Of a stretch of DNA of 64,000 nucleotides, positions 30,206 through 41,139 are shown piece after piece. The translations under genes and the position numbers were made by a program. The notes beneath the pieces were generated by a model, which saw nothing but the letters and a program-made list of their open reading frames with translations, searched no databases and was not told where the DNA came from. The DNA is from an uncultured Gemmatimonadales bacterium (GTDB taxonomy: Bacteria > Gemmatimonadota > Gemmatimonadetes > Longimicrobiales > RSA9): the NCBI GenBank assembly GCA_963741945.1, contig CAVUKA010000001.1:576001-640000 (forward strand). Reading direction: 5' to 3'. The stretch's first letter is position 1. Each line of letters begins with the position of its first letter.

Positions 30206-31896
30206 TGCTTCAAGCTCTCCAGCCATGCCCGGAACGTGGCCAGCCCCTCGTCGTCCGAAGGCGCGCCACTCTCCGCCGCCTCCGCGCCGGCGCTGCCCGT
30301 CTGCTCCTCATCGGCATCGATGCCCGCGTCTTCCATGTCGTCGCCTTCGCCCCCGCGCTCGCCTCCCCCACCTGCCGTTTCCCCGCCACTGGCACCGGCG
30401 GGCGCCCACTCCAGCAGCGACCGAACGTAGCTCCGGATCGGCGGCGACGCATCCGCTTCCTCCGCCTCCTCGCCCCACGAGTACGGCGACTCGGACCGGC
30501 TCTCCCCCCACTCGGCCCCCACCCACACGGACGCGTCCTCCACGTCCGCTTCTCCCGCCGCCCCGGCTCCGCTTCGCTCCGCCGGCGCCTCCGAATCGGC
30601 ATCCGGCTCCCGCGACCACGGCGACCACGGCTCCGGCTCCCGCCGCGCCTCCCCCGCCTCCTCGCCCAGCCGCTCCATCTCCTGCAGCCGCTCCCGGAGC
30701 CGCTCCTCCGCCGGACGCGAGCGCACCAGCTCTCGGTACACTTCCGCCGCCCGGTCGTAGAGTCCCTGGCGCGCGTACACCTCGGCGATCGTTTCCGTCA
30801 TCACCCCGGGCGACGCCGACCGCGGCCGCGCTGCCGGCTCTTCGGCGGTGTCCGGCTCTTCCGCGGATTCCGGCTCTTCGGCGGATTCCGGCTCTTCCGC
30901 GATGTCCCGCTCTTCGACCAGTGCCCGCGCTTCGGCTGCGCCGCGTTCCTCAACGACGTCCGGCTCTTCGGCGGCTTCCGCTTCTTCGGCCGGTTCCCAC
31001 TCCCGGTCCGGTTCCCACTCCGCGGCGGCTTCCAACTCTTCGGCGGCTTCCCGCTCCCCGTCGGCTTCCGGCTCCTCGGCCGGCGTCAGGCGGGTATCGA
31101 GGGTGTCGTCGCCCAGGCTCGTACCGGTGCCATCGAAGCGCATGCCCTCGATGTCCAGCTCGGGGAAATCCCCCCCGGCGCGGGCGTCCTCCGCCGTGAG
31201 TCCGTCCTCGGCTTCGAGCCCCTCCAGCCGCTGGGGCTCCTCGTCCGCTTCCCCCTCCGCTCCCGCCGCCGGCTCCTCGAGCCGTTCGAGCCCGGTCAGC
31301 GCCGCGGCTTCGCCCGGGCGGTCGGAGCCGGCCTGGCCCACGTGCTCATCGGCCGCCGCGGCGTCCGGTGTCCCGGCGTCGCCTGCCGGCTCCGGCTCCT
31401 CCCCCGGAGAGCCCTCGCTGAACGACCACGCCTGCTCCTCGAAAGGCGTGGCTTCCGGCACCGTTTCGGCGCCCGGCGATTCCTCCTCCTCGGCGGCCAG
31501 GGAGTCGAGCAGCTCCCGCGCATCGCGGTCGGCGGGCTCGACCTCCAGCAGCCGCACGTAGAACTTCCGCGCGCCGGCGTAGTCCCCGCGGTGCCGGGCC
31601 AGCTCCCCGAGGGCGCGCAGCGCCACGAGGTTGTGGGAATCCAGCTCGAGCACGCGCCGGAACGCGGAATCCGCCGCGTCGCCCCGATCCTCGTCCATCA
31701 GGACGCGGCCCAGGACCACGTGGGCACTGGCGTAGCCCGGGTGGCGCTCCAGCCCTTCCTCGAGGACGGAGCGGGCCTGGGCCAGCCGACCATCCTTCCG
31801 GTAGGCTTCGGCAAGGTGCGTGAAGATCCGGCCCTCCGGATGCTCGGCATAGAGGGCTTCGAGTTTTGCGATCTCGTCGTGATGCGCGTCGGACAT
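30202..31896 (-). CDS. TPR protein with long acidic low-complexity linker
   Basis: N-terminal TPR helices ([10 protein letters not shown]..), C-terminal [12 protein letters not shown] motif and FRAWLESLK end. Confidence 0.8.
   Translation of the reverse strand: MSDAHHDEIAKLEALYAEHPEGRIFTHLAEAYRKDGRLAQARSVLEEGLERHPGYASAHVVLGRVLMDEDRGDAADSAFRRVLELDSHNLVALRALGELARHRGDYAGARKFYVRLLEVEPADRDARELLDSLAAEEEESPGAETVPEATPFEEQAWSFSEGSPGEEPEPAGDAGTPDAAAADEHVGQAGSDRPGEAAALTGLERLEEPAAGAEGEADEEPQRLEGLEAEDGLTAEDARAGGDFPELDIEGMRFDGTGTSLGDDTLDTRLTPAEEPEADGEREAAEELEAAAEWEPDREWEPAEEAEAAEEPDVVEERGAAEARALVEERDIAEEPESAEEPESAEEPDTAEEPAARPRSASPGVMTETIAEVYARQGLYDRAAEVYRELVRSRPAEERLRERLQEMERLGEEAGEARREPEPWSPWSREPDADSEAPAERSGAGAAGEADVEDASVWVGAEWGESRSESPYSWGEEAEEADASPPIRSYVRSLLEWAPAGASGGETAGGGGERGGEGDDMEDAGIDADEEQTGSAGAEAAESGAPSDDEGLATFRAWLESLKQ
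30834..30915 (-). repeat. 18-bp coding tandem repeat (AEEPES-type)
   Basis: ccggctcttc recurring with an 18-nt period; protein reads [22 protein letters not shown]. Confidence 0.75.
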
Positions 31897-31945
31897 CAAC
31901 GGCTCCTGAGGGACGCGGCAGGCATTGGACTCGGGTGAGGTGACC

Positions 31946-31975
31946 AAGATAGAGGGCGCCGCTTGGCCATGTCAA
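31946..31975 (-). promoter_or_regulatory. Putative sigma70 promoter for the TPR-aroQ-acc operon
   Basis: TTGACA-N18-TATCTT on the minus strand. Confidence 0.55.
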
Positions 31976-32032
31976 CGTGAACCCTGAGGAGCCGAACGGG
32001 GTTAAATGGCCATGGCTCCGCCACCCGGACAG

Positions 32033-32061
32033 TTGAAGGGTGGGGGCCGCGGTCGTATCTT
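32033..32061 (+). promoter_or_regulatory. Putative sigma70 promoter for the ppiD-like gene
   Basis: TTGAAG-N17-TATCTT, divergent from the promoter above. Confidence 0.55.
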
Positions 32062-32110
32062 GGCATGCTTGTGCCGTAACAGTCTGGCTCAGTAGAGGAG
32101 TCCTCGTCGT

Positions 32111-33931
32111 ATGGTCATGAAGCAGATGCGGGACAACACGAAGTGGATCATGCTGATCACAGCATTGGCCTTCGTGGGTCTCATGGTCTTCCAGTGGGGG
32201 ATGGACGTGAGCGGTCGCAGCGCCAACTCCCAGGGGGACCTGGGCGAGGTGGATGGCGAAGCCATCACGTATGCGGAGTTCAACCAGGCGTACCGGACTC
32301 TGTACGATCAGCGCCAGCAGCAGGAGAAGGCACCCATCACGTCGGCGGAGAACAAGCGCCTGGAGGACCAGGCGTGGAACCAGATCGTGATGGACCGGCT
32401 GATCGCCCACGAGCTGCACCGCCGCGGGATCTCGGTCACGGACCGCGAGGTGCGCGAGGCCGCCCGCTACGCGCCCCCGCCCGACTTCTACAATGCCGAG
32501 GTCTTCCAGACCAACGGGCAGTTCGACATCGAGAAGTATCACCGCTTCCTCGGCTCCGGCCAGGCGGACCCGCAGCTGCTGCGTGATCTCGAGTCGTACT
32601 ACCGGCGCGTGATCCCGCGCAGCAAGCTGTTCCAGGAGATCACGACCTCCGTGGTGGTGACCGACGGCGAGCTGTGGCGTCGCTACCGCGAGGAGCACGA
32701 GACGGCCTCCATCCGCTACATCGCCCTCGACCCGCAGGCGCTGGTACCGGCCGGGGACGTCACGGTCGACGACGCCGATGTGGCCAGCTACTATGCCCAG
32801 CACCGCTCCGATTTCGAGCGGCCCGCACGGGCGCAGGTCAAGGTCACGTCCATCAGCAAGGCGCCCACGCCGGCCGATACGGCCGCCGCGCTCGAGCACG
32901 CGCGCGAGGTCCGGCAGGAGATCGTGGACGGAGCCGATTTCGCCACGGTGGCAGGCCGCGAGAGCCAGGACCAGGGCTCCGCCGCCCAGGGCGGCGAGCT
33001 CGGCACCATCCGCAAGGGGCAGACGGTGCCGCAGTTCGAGGAAGCGGCCTGGAGCGCCCCGATCGGCCAGATCACGCAGCCCGTCCTCACGCCGTTCGGC
33101 TTCCACCTGATCCGGGTGGCGAGCCGCAACGCAGACTCGGCCGAGGTGGCCCACATCCTGATCTCGATCGAGCGCACGGCCGAGAGCGAGGACTCGCTCC
33201 TCGCCCGCGTCGACTCCCTCGAGTCCCTGGCGGGCCGCATGTCCCTCGACAACGCCGCCCAGGAGCTCGGGCTACAGGTCCGCACCACCGAGCTGACTCC
33301 CGTCCTCCCCACCCTCCCCGGCATCGGCGATGTCAGCGAGGGCGTCAACTGGGCGTTCGAAGACCAGCCCGCCACAGGCGACATCAGCCCCATCTTCGAG
33401 AACCAGAGCCGGTTCTTCATCATGGAGCTGGAGCAGCGCCAGGAAGCGCGTCCGCTCACCCTCGAGGAGGCCACACCGAGCATCCGCGGCATCCTCATTC
33501 GCGAGCGGCGCCATGAACGCACCCGCGACATCGGCCGGCAGGTGGTCGATCGCCTCACCGCCGGCGCCTCCCTGGACGAGGCGGCTAGCACCGTCAACGC
33601 CGAGGTGCGCACTGCCGGGCCCTTCACCCGCGTGGACTACGTCCCCGGGATCGGCTCCGCCAATGCCGTCATCGGCGCGGCGTTCGGCCTGGCCAGGGGC
33701 GAGACCAGCGGGCTCCTCGAGACCGACCAGGCGTTCTACATCATCCAGGTGACCGACCGCACCGCCGCCGACCGCGAGGCGTGGCAGCAGCAGCTGCCTC
33801 AGCAGCGACAGCAGGTCGTGAGCAGCATCCGCAGTCAGCGCCTCGATGAGTTCCTCAGCGCCCTGCGCGACAACGCCTCCGTGGTGGACAACCGCCAGAA
33901 GGTGCTGAACGCCCCCGACGCCGCCGCCTGA
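32111..33931 (+). CDS. PpiD/SurA-type periplasmic peptidyl-prolyl isomerase/chaperone
   Basis: N-terminal TM anchor, SurA_N-like region, parvulin domain (DFATVA..SQD.GSA..GGELG..FEEAA..TPFGFHLI). Confidence 0.9.
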   Translation: MVMKQMRDNTKWIMLITALAFVGLMVFQWGMDVSGRSANSQGDLGEVDGEAITYAEFNQAYRTLYDQRQQQEKAPITSAENKRLEDQAWNQIVMDRLIAHELHRRGISVTDREVREAARYAPPPDFYNAEVFQTNGQFDIEKYHRFLGSGQADPQLLRDLESYYRRVIPRSKLFQEITTSVVVTDGELWRRYREEHETASIRYIALDPQALVPAGDVTVDDADVASYYAQHRSDFERPARAQVKVTSISKAPTPADTAAALEHAREVRQEIVDGADFATVAGRESQDQGSAAQGGELGTIRKGQTVPQFEEAAWSAPIGQITQPVLTPFGFHLIRVASRNADSAEVAHILISIERTAESEDSLLARVDSLESLAGRMSLDNAAQELGLQVRTTELTPVLPTLPGIGDVSEGVNWAFEDQPATGDISPIFENQSRFFIMELEQRQEARPLTLEEATPSIRGILIRERRHERTRDIGRQVVDRLTAGASLDEAASTVNAEVRTAGPFTRVDYVPGIGSANAVIGAAFGLARGETSGLLETDQAFYIIQVTDRTAADREAWQQQLPQQRQQVVSSIRSQRLDEFLSALRDNASVVDNRQKVLNAPDAAA

Positions 33932-34028
33932 CCGGCGGGCGCGGGCCGACGGGCCGATGGCGGGCGGGCATGAGGCTGGCCCCGCGCCGTCACGCCCTTC
34001 CGCGCTCCGCGAGCTCCAGGACGAACGG

Positions 34029-34065
34029 AAGCCCTCCGGGGCGGCTGAGCCGCCCCGGAGGGCTT
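34029..34065. terminator. Perfect 17-bp hairpin between convergent genes (probable bidirectional terminator)
   Basis: AAGCCCTCCGGGGCGGC-tga-GCCGCCCCGGAGGGCTT. Confidence 0.75.
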
Positions 34066-34144
34066 GATCGTTCTCGGCAGGCGGCGAGGCGGTCGCCGCC
34101 CCATCGGGCGCTCGGCGCCCGCCGGTCCCCCCGGTGGGGAGTGC

Positions 34145-34432
34145 CTACTCGGTCTTGGTCTGGCCGGGGTCGGTCTTGACGGCCTCGGCCTCGCGGGGCT
34201 GCGCGGGCTCCTCGGGCTTGCGCGGCGCTTCGGAGCGCGGCAGCTCGCGGTTGGTGTTCATGGCCGAGCGGTTGAACTCGCCCTCGATGTCCCGAACGGA
34301 GCTCTTGAACTCCCGGATCCCCTTCCCGAGCGCCCCACCGATCTCGGGGAGCCTGCGGGCTCCGAAGACCAGGAGGAGGACGGCCAGGATCAGGATCACT
34401 TCCCAGATGCCGACGCTACCGCCGAAGGGCAT
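34145..34432 (-). CDS. tatA: Twin-arginine translocase TatA
   Basis: GIWEVILILAVLLLVFGARRLPEIGGALGKGIREFK. Confidence 0.95.
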   Translation of the reverse strand: MPFGGSVGIWEVILILAVLLLVFGARRLPEIGGALGKGIREFKSSVRDIEGEFNRSAMNTNRELPRSEAPRKPEEPAQPREAEAVKTDPGQTKTE

Positions 34433-34449
34433 GGCTACTCACCTTTCTG

Positions 34450-34734
34450 CTAGAACCACCACGAACGCATCACCAGCCAGACGATCAGTACACCGATCAC
34501 ACTCAATGCGTTCACATTCAGCACCAGGGGGCCAATCACCAGGGCGATCGCCACGAGGTCGATTCCCAGGGGGCCCAGGGAAGCCGACACGGACGTCGTG
34601 AGGAATTCCCGCCCGGCGCTGTCCGGAAGGTAGCGGATCGCCAGCTTCGTGAACAGCGCCCCGAGGAACAGGCCAATGAGCACCGCCCACACCAGACGGG
34701 GTATGGCCCGCCGTCGAGCTCCACCCAGCATCAT
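34450..34734 (-). CDS. Small membrane protein (DUF4321-like)
   Basis: Hydrophobic roughly 94 aa protein with a PLGIDLVAIAL..LNVNALSVIG pattern. Confidence 0.65.
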   Translation of the reverse strand: MMLGGARRRAIPRLVWAVLIGLFLGALFTKLAIRYLPDSAGREFLTTSVSASLGPLGIDLVAIALVIGPLVLNVNALSVIGVLIVWLVMRSWWF

Positions 34735-34806
34735 GCCCTCTTTCTCGCGCCTCAATGCGTGAACACGTCCCCGGATCGTCGCGCCATTCCGCCGGCCCTG
34801 ACCGCG

Positions 34807-35793
34807 CTACCTTCTGCGCTCGACAACGTACGTGATGGCGGCCTGGAGCGCTGCGGTGATGTCGGACTCCGGAAGATCCCGCAGCGCTTCGGCCGCGCGG
34901 GCGCCATAGTCGTCGGCGCAGACCCGCGCCACTTCCAGCCCGCCGTGCTGTCGGGTGAGCTCGGTGACGCGCCGGATGCCATCATCGTCGGGGACCGGCT
35001 CGGCGAAGAACGCCTCCACGTCGCGGCGCGCGGCGCGATCCATCTCGCGCATGGCGGCGATGAGCGGGAGCGTCATCTTGTGCTCGCGCAGGTCGTGGCC
35101 CGAAGGCTTTCCCGTAGCCTCCTCGGTGGCCGTGTAGTCGAGCAGGTCGTCGGCGATCTGGAAGGCCATGCCGACGAAATGGCCATACCGGGCCAGTGGC
35201 TCGCGATACCGATCGTCGCCCGTCATGGCTCCCATCTCGCACGCGGCGGACATGAGCGACGCGGTCTTGGAGCGGATGAGCCGGAAGTAGTCCTCATCGC
35301 TGAAGCCGAGGGCGTCAGCGGACGCCAGCTGGCGCATCTCGCCCACGCTCATCTCGTTGGCCGCATTCGCCAGCACCACGATGAGGTCGGTGCGCTCGAA
35401 GCCCGCGAGATGGCTCATCGCGCGACTGTAGAGATAGTCGCCCATGATGATGGCCGACTGGTGATTCCAGAGCGCGTTCACCGTGGGCATGCCACGGCGC
35501 AGGACCGAGTGGTCCACCGCGTCATCGTGGACGAGCGTGGCCAGATGCACCAGCTCCACGATCGCGCCGAGCGTGGGCGCCCGCTCGTAGCCGCCATCGC
35601 CCACGCGGTTGGCCAGCAGCAGGAGCGTCGGCCGGAACAGCTTCCCGCGCGCCAGCGCGAGATAATCGCTGACTTCCTGGACCGGGGAGAAGTCGGACAG
35701 GATGATGCGACGGATCTCGTCGCCCACCGTGTCCAGCGCCGACGCCACCGGCGCCTGGATGTCCGCGAGTCGCGGCCGCACGCTGTCGGCCAT
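34807..35793 (-). CDS. Polyprenyl diphosphate synthase
   Basis: GKLFRP, LVHDDAVD..RRG, KTASL and FQIADDLLD motifs. Confidence 0.95.
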   Translation of the reverse strand: MADSVRPRLADIQAPVASALDTVGDEIRRIILSDFSPVQEVSDYLALARGKLFRPTLLLLANRVGDGGYERAPTLGAIVELVHLATLVHDDAVDHSVLRRGMPTVNALWNHQSAIIMGDYLYSRAMSHLAGFERTDLIVVLANAANEMSVGEMRQLASADALGFSDEDYFRLIRSKTASLMSAACEMGAMTGDDRYREPLARYGHFVGMAFQIADDLLDYTATEEATGKPSGHDLREHKMTLPLIAAMREMDRAARRDVEAFFAEPVPDDDGIRRVTELTRQHGGLEVARVCADDYGARAAEALRDLPESDITAALQAAITYVVERRR

Positions 35794-35807
35794 CACCGCT
35801 TCCCCGT

Positions 35808-38042
35808 TCACAGCCGCGCCACGCGGTCGGGGACGTCGGCGAACCCATCGTCGATGTGGAGGATCCTGCGATAGGCGTCGCGCGCCTCGGCGCGCTGGTT
35901 CAGCTCTTCGTGACACCGCCCCAGGTGGTAGTATACGCCCAGCAGCTCGCGCTCGTCCCGGCTCGGGAGCTCCAGGGCACGCCGCAGGACGTCGAGCGCC
36001 CGATCGAACTCGCGCTTCAGCATGTAGCACTGACCCAGCTCTTCATACACCTTCAGTCGCTCCTCGCCTTCTCCGAGCGCCGCCTGGAATTCCGCCACCG
36101 CCTGGTCCACCAGCCCCATCTCCTTGAACGCCAGCCCCAGGTCGTAATGATCGTCTGCGCTGCTACGCTCCCGCGACGATGCACCCGGACGCGCATCCGG
36201 CTCCGCCTCCGGCGACGACGGTGCAGCGGAACGCGCATCCGGCTCCGCTTCCGGCGACGACGGTGCAGCGGAACGCGCATCCGGCTCCGTCACCGCCGAG
36301 GCCGCTTCCGTCCGCTCGTCGCTCGCGTCCCCGGATCGGAGCGCGTTTCTCGCCGCCTCGTTCGCCGGATCCAGCTCCAGCACCCGCCTGTAGATGGCCT
36401 GCGCTTCCGCGCCGGAGCCCTCACGCGACAGCGCATCGGCCAGGTCCTCGAGCGCGGCCGCCGTGAGCGCGGCGTGGTCCAGCATCGACGCAAGCTCGAC
36501 TCGCCGCCTCCGCGCCGCCATCTCGCTCGGGTCCCGGCGGGAGATCTCCGTGACCACCTGGAGCGCCGCCCGGATCATGTCGGGGCCCGGCTCCCCCTCC
36601 ATCAGGATATTGAGCTCGCGCATCGCCTCGGTCGACAGGCCGCGGCTCACGAGCTCGCGCGCGCGCCCGAGCACCGCTTCCTCGTCCACCTCCACGTCCC
36701 AGTCCGGCGGCGGCTCGCTCCCCGCGGTCACCTGGCCGAAGCTCAGATCCAGCATCCCGACGTCGAGCAGCTCCTCCTCGTCTTCATCGGGCCCGCTGGA
36801 CCGCCCCGCCCCTGCGCCGACACCGGCCTCGCCCGCGTCGTCCCCCACCGACGTCCTCGCCCACGGCTTCTTCGCCCGGCGCGACTCATCGACCGCCGCG
36901 TCCTCCCCCGCGTCCTCTTCCGGCCAGCCGCGGTCGGCGGACGGCTCCGCGGCCAGCTCGTCGTCCGGCCACTTCCGACCGGGAGCGATGCCGCCTTCGC
37001 GCGCTCCCTCGGTATCCGGCTTCGCCTCCGGCGGGGCCGCGGCCTCCGCGTCCAGCGGCGGCAGCGGTTCCTCTTCCCGGTCCGGCGCAGCGTCGAGCTC
37101 CGCCAGGGATTCCGCCGCTTCCCCATCGGAAAAAGCGTCCTCCTCCGGAGCGTCCTCCTCCGGAGCCGGGACCGCGTCCCAGCCGGTGTCCAGGAGCGGG
37201 AGCGGCTCGGGCTCCGCTTCCTCTTCTTCCACCGCATCGCCGCGGCCGGTGGGCTCGAGCCCCGCCAGCCCTTCCGGCTCCGGCTCCTGCGACTCCGCCT
37301 CGTGCCCCACCCGGTGCGTCTCCAGCCCGTCGAGCCCACCGGCCACCGGGGCGCCCGGGCGGAAGGGGCGATCCAGGGCATCGGCCCGGGCCGATTCCCC
37401 GGACGGGGCCGCGCCGTTCACGCCGAGCTCTATGGACGGATGGATCGAGCGGGCTTCTTCCAGCACGCGCTCAGCGGCCGACGCGTCCCCGCGGGCCGAC
37501 CAGGTGGCGTGGGCCTTCCGCAGCTGGTTGAGCGCATCGTTCTGCCGGCCATGGCCGGCAAGGTGACGGGCCAGGACCTGCCTCGCCTCCGGGTCGTCGG
37601 CGTCGTCGGCGTATTCCTCGATCCCGTGGAACGCGGCCTCGTGGTTGCCCCCGCGCATCTGCCGCTCTGCGTACTCCAGGATCCAGCGGCGGGCGTCGGG
37701 GAGGAACCCCTGCTCGGCGGCGAGGCGACTCAGCTTCAGGTAGATGTGGGCGCGATCCGGCCGATGGCGGAGCGCCTTGTTGCAGAGGGCTATGGCGTTG
37801 TTGTAGAAGCCGGACTCCGCGTACTTGTCCGCGGCAGCCTCGTAGTAGGTCACCGCCTCGTCGGTCTGCCCGAGCCGGAGGTACAGGTCGCCCACACGGT
37901 TGTAGAGCGGGAGCTCCACTTCCGCGTCATCCGTCCGCTCCTCGGAATCGAGCGCTTTCCGGTAGGCCTCAATGGCGGCCTTCCAGTCTTCCTTCTGCTC
38001 GAGCTTCCGAGCGCGCTCTTTCAGCTTGGCGACTGATGTCAT
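35808..38042 (-). CDS. Large TPR protein with acidic linker
   Basis: N-terminal TPRs (YNRVGDLYLR..NAIALCNKAL) and C-terminal HYDLGLAFKEMGL..TPRs..FADVPDRV. Confidence 0.85.
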   Translation of the reverse strand: MTSVAKLKERARKLEQKEDWKAAIEAYRKALDSEERTDDAEVELPLYNRVGDLYLRLGQTDEAVTYYEAAADKYAESGFYNNAIALCNKALRHRPDRAHIYLKLSRLAAEQGFLPDARRWILEYAERQMRGGNHEAAFHGIEEYADDADDPEARQVLARHLAGHGRQNDALNQLRKAHATWSARGDASAAERVLEEARSIHPSIELGVNGAAPSGESARADALDRPFRPGAPVAGGLDGLETHRVGHEAESQEPEPEGLAGLEPTGRGDAVEEEEAEPEPLPLLDTGWDAVPAPEEDAPEEDAFSDGEAAESLAELDAAPDREEEPLPPLDAEAAAPPEAKPDTEGAREGGIAPGRKWPDDELAAEPSADRGWPEEDAGEDAAVDESRRAKKPWARTSVGDDAGEAGVGAGAGRSSGPDEDEEELLDVGMLDLSFGQVTAGSEPPPDWDVEVDEEAVLGRARELVSRGLSTEAMRELNILMEGEPGPDMIRAALQVVTEISRRDPSEMAARRRRVELASMLDHAALTAAALEDLADALSREGSGAEAQAIYRRVLELDPANEAARNALRSGDASDERTEAASAVTEPDARSAAPSSPEAEPDARSAAPSSPEAEPDARPGASSRERSSADDHYDLGLAFKEMGLVDQAVAEFQAALGEGEERLKVYEELGQCYMLKREFDRALDVLRRALELPSRDERELLGVYYHLGRCHEELNQRAEARDAYRRILHIDDGFADVPDRVARL
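36189..36289 (-). repeat. 42-bp coding tandem repeat, about 2.4 copies (EPDARSAAPSSPEA)
   Basis: Near-identical units start at 36189, 36231 and 36273 (partial). Confidence 0.9.
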
Positions 38043-38307
38043 TCAGTCTCGATCGTGCGATGCACCCAAACGCCAGCGGCCTCCGGCGACCGCCAGGTCA
38101 TTTGCGCCGCCCGCGCCGGCGCCACCGGCCGCAGCCCGGTGGCTGCCCCTCCGGACCCCGGCCTCCCGCGGTCCGGCCGGTGGCGCGTCGCCGCGATCGG
38201 GACTCCCGAGGGATGTGGGAGGAGTCGAGCGAGCGCTGCGCTGCTGCCGGCTCCGGCCCTCGCGTGCGCACTGGACCGTGTCGGACAGCCGCTTCGTCAT
38301 GGCACCG

Positions 38308-38336
38308 AAGATACTCCCGCACGCTGTGCGGAACAA
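38308..38336 (-). promoter_or_regulatory. Putative sigma70 promoter about 265 nt upstream of the TPR gene
   Basis: TTGTTC-N17-TATCTT on the minus strand immediately after the hutI stop. Confidence 0.45.
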
Positions 38337-38340
38337 GCGC

Positions 38341-39549
38341 TCAGGCCACTTCCCGACCGGTTTTCCACACTCGCCGCGCGAGCCGGATTCCGTACCGGTA
38401 CGGGATCTCCCGGTAGTCGCCCGCCCCCCACACCACCAGGTCGGCGGGTGCTCCGGGCGTCAGCGTGCCGGCTCCGGCCGGCAGCCGGAGCGCCCGGGCG
38501 CCCCCACGCGTGGCCGCCACCAGCGCTTCCAGCGGGTCCATCCCCATCTGCGAGCAGGCGACGGTGGTGACCAGCGGCAGGCTGGGCGACGCCGACGACC
38601 CGGGATTGAAGTCCGTCGCCAGCGCGACCGTCGCGCCCGCGTCCAGCAGCTTCCGCGCGGGCGCGTATGCCGACCTCCCGAGAAAGAAGAGGGTGGCGGG
38701 GAGGAGCGTGGCGACCGTGTCCGAACCGGCCAGCGCCTCGATCCCGGCGTCGCTCACGCACCCCAGGTGGTCGGCCGACGCGGCGCCCAGCTCAACGGCC
38801 AGCTCGGCGCCCCCCGAAGCTTCCAGCTCGTCAGCGTGGACTTTCGGGATCAGCCCGTGCTCCAGGCCGGCCTCCAGGATCCGCCGGCTCTGGCGCGCGT
38901 CGAACACGCCGGGCTCCATGAACACGTCGCAGAAGCGCGCCAGCCCCGCCCGGGCCACTTCCGGGATCATCTCCGTGCTCACCAGCTTCACGTAGTCGTC
39001 CGCGCGGCCCTGGTACTCCGGCGGCGTCTCGTGCCCGCCCAGGAACGTGGCGACGAGCTCCAGCGGCCCCTCGTCGCCCAGCCGGCGGATGACGCGCAGC
39101 ATCTTCAGCTCGTCCTCCACCGTGAGGCCATAGCCGCTCTTCACTTCCAGCGTGGTGGTTCCCAGCGACAGCACGTCCCGGAGCCGCTCGCGCGTCAGCG
39201 CCACCAGCTCGTCCTCGCTGCGCTCGCGCAGGTCACGCACCGAAGCGTTGATCCCGCCTCCCCGCCGCGCGATCTCCATGTACGGCACGCCCCGCGACCG
39301 TAGCCCGTACTCATCCGCCCGCCACCGGCCGAACACGGCGTGGCTGTGGGAGTCCACCAGCCCCGGCGTCAGCACGCCGCCGGCGCAGTCCACCCGCTCC
39401 GCCCCGGGGTGCGACATCACCAGCTCGCGTTCCGGCCCCACCGCCACGATCCCGCCCCCGTCCACGGCGACGGCCCCCCCCGTCAGCACTTCCGCCTCTT
39501 CAGCCGCCCGGCAGGTCACCACCTGGGCCGCGTTGACGAAGAGCTTCAT
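38341..39549 (-). CDS. hutI: Imidazolonepropionase
   Basis: PGLVDSHSH, EVKSGYGL, HADEL, ADHL and LATDFNPGS motifs. Confidence 0.96.
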   Translation of the reverse strand: MKLFVNAAQVVTCRAAEEAEVLTGGAVAVDGGGIVAVGPERELVMSHPGAERVDCAGGVLTPGLVDSHSHAVFGRWRADEYGLRSRGVPYMEIARRGGGINASVRDLRERSEDELVALTRERLRDVLSLGTTTLEVKSGYGLTVEDELKMLRVIRRLGDEGPLELVATFLGGHETPPEYQGRADDYVKLVSTEMIPEVARAGLARFCDVFMEPGVFDARQSRRILEAGLEHGLIPKVHADELEASGGAELAVELGAASADHLGCVSDAGIEALAGSDTVATLLPATLFFLGRSAYAPARKLLDAGATVALATDFNPGSSASPSLPLVTTVACSQMGMDPLEALVAATRGGARALRLPAGAGTLTPGAPADLVVWGAGDYREIPYRYGIRLARRVWKTGREVA

Positions 39550-39560
39550 CGGTTGTCTTC

Positions 39561-41075
<1,515 letters not shown>

Positions 41076-41139
41076 GGCCCGCCAAGGTAAGGGCGCCCCC
41101 CCGCCCCCGGCCAGCCGCCTCGCGTCCGCCCCCGGCGCG

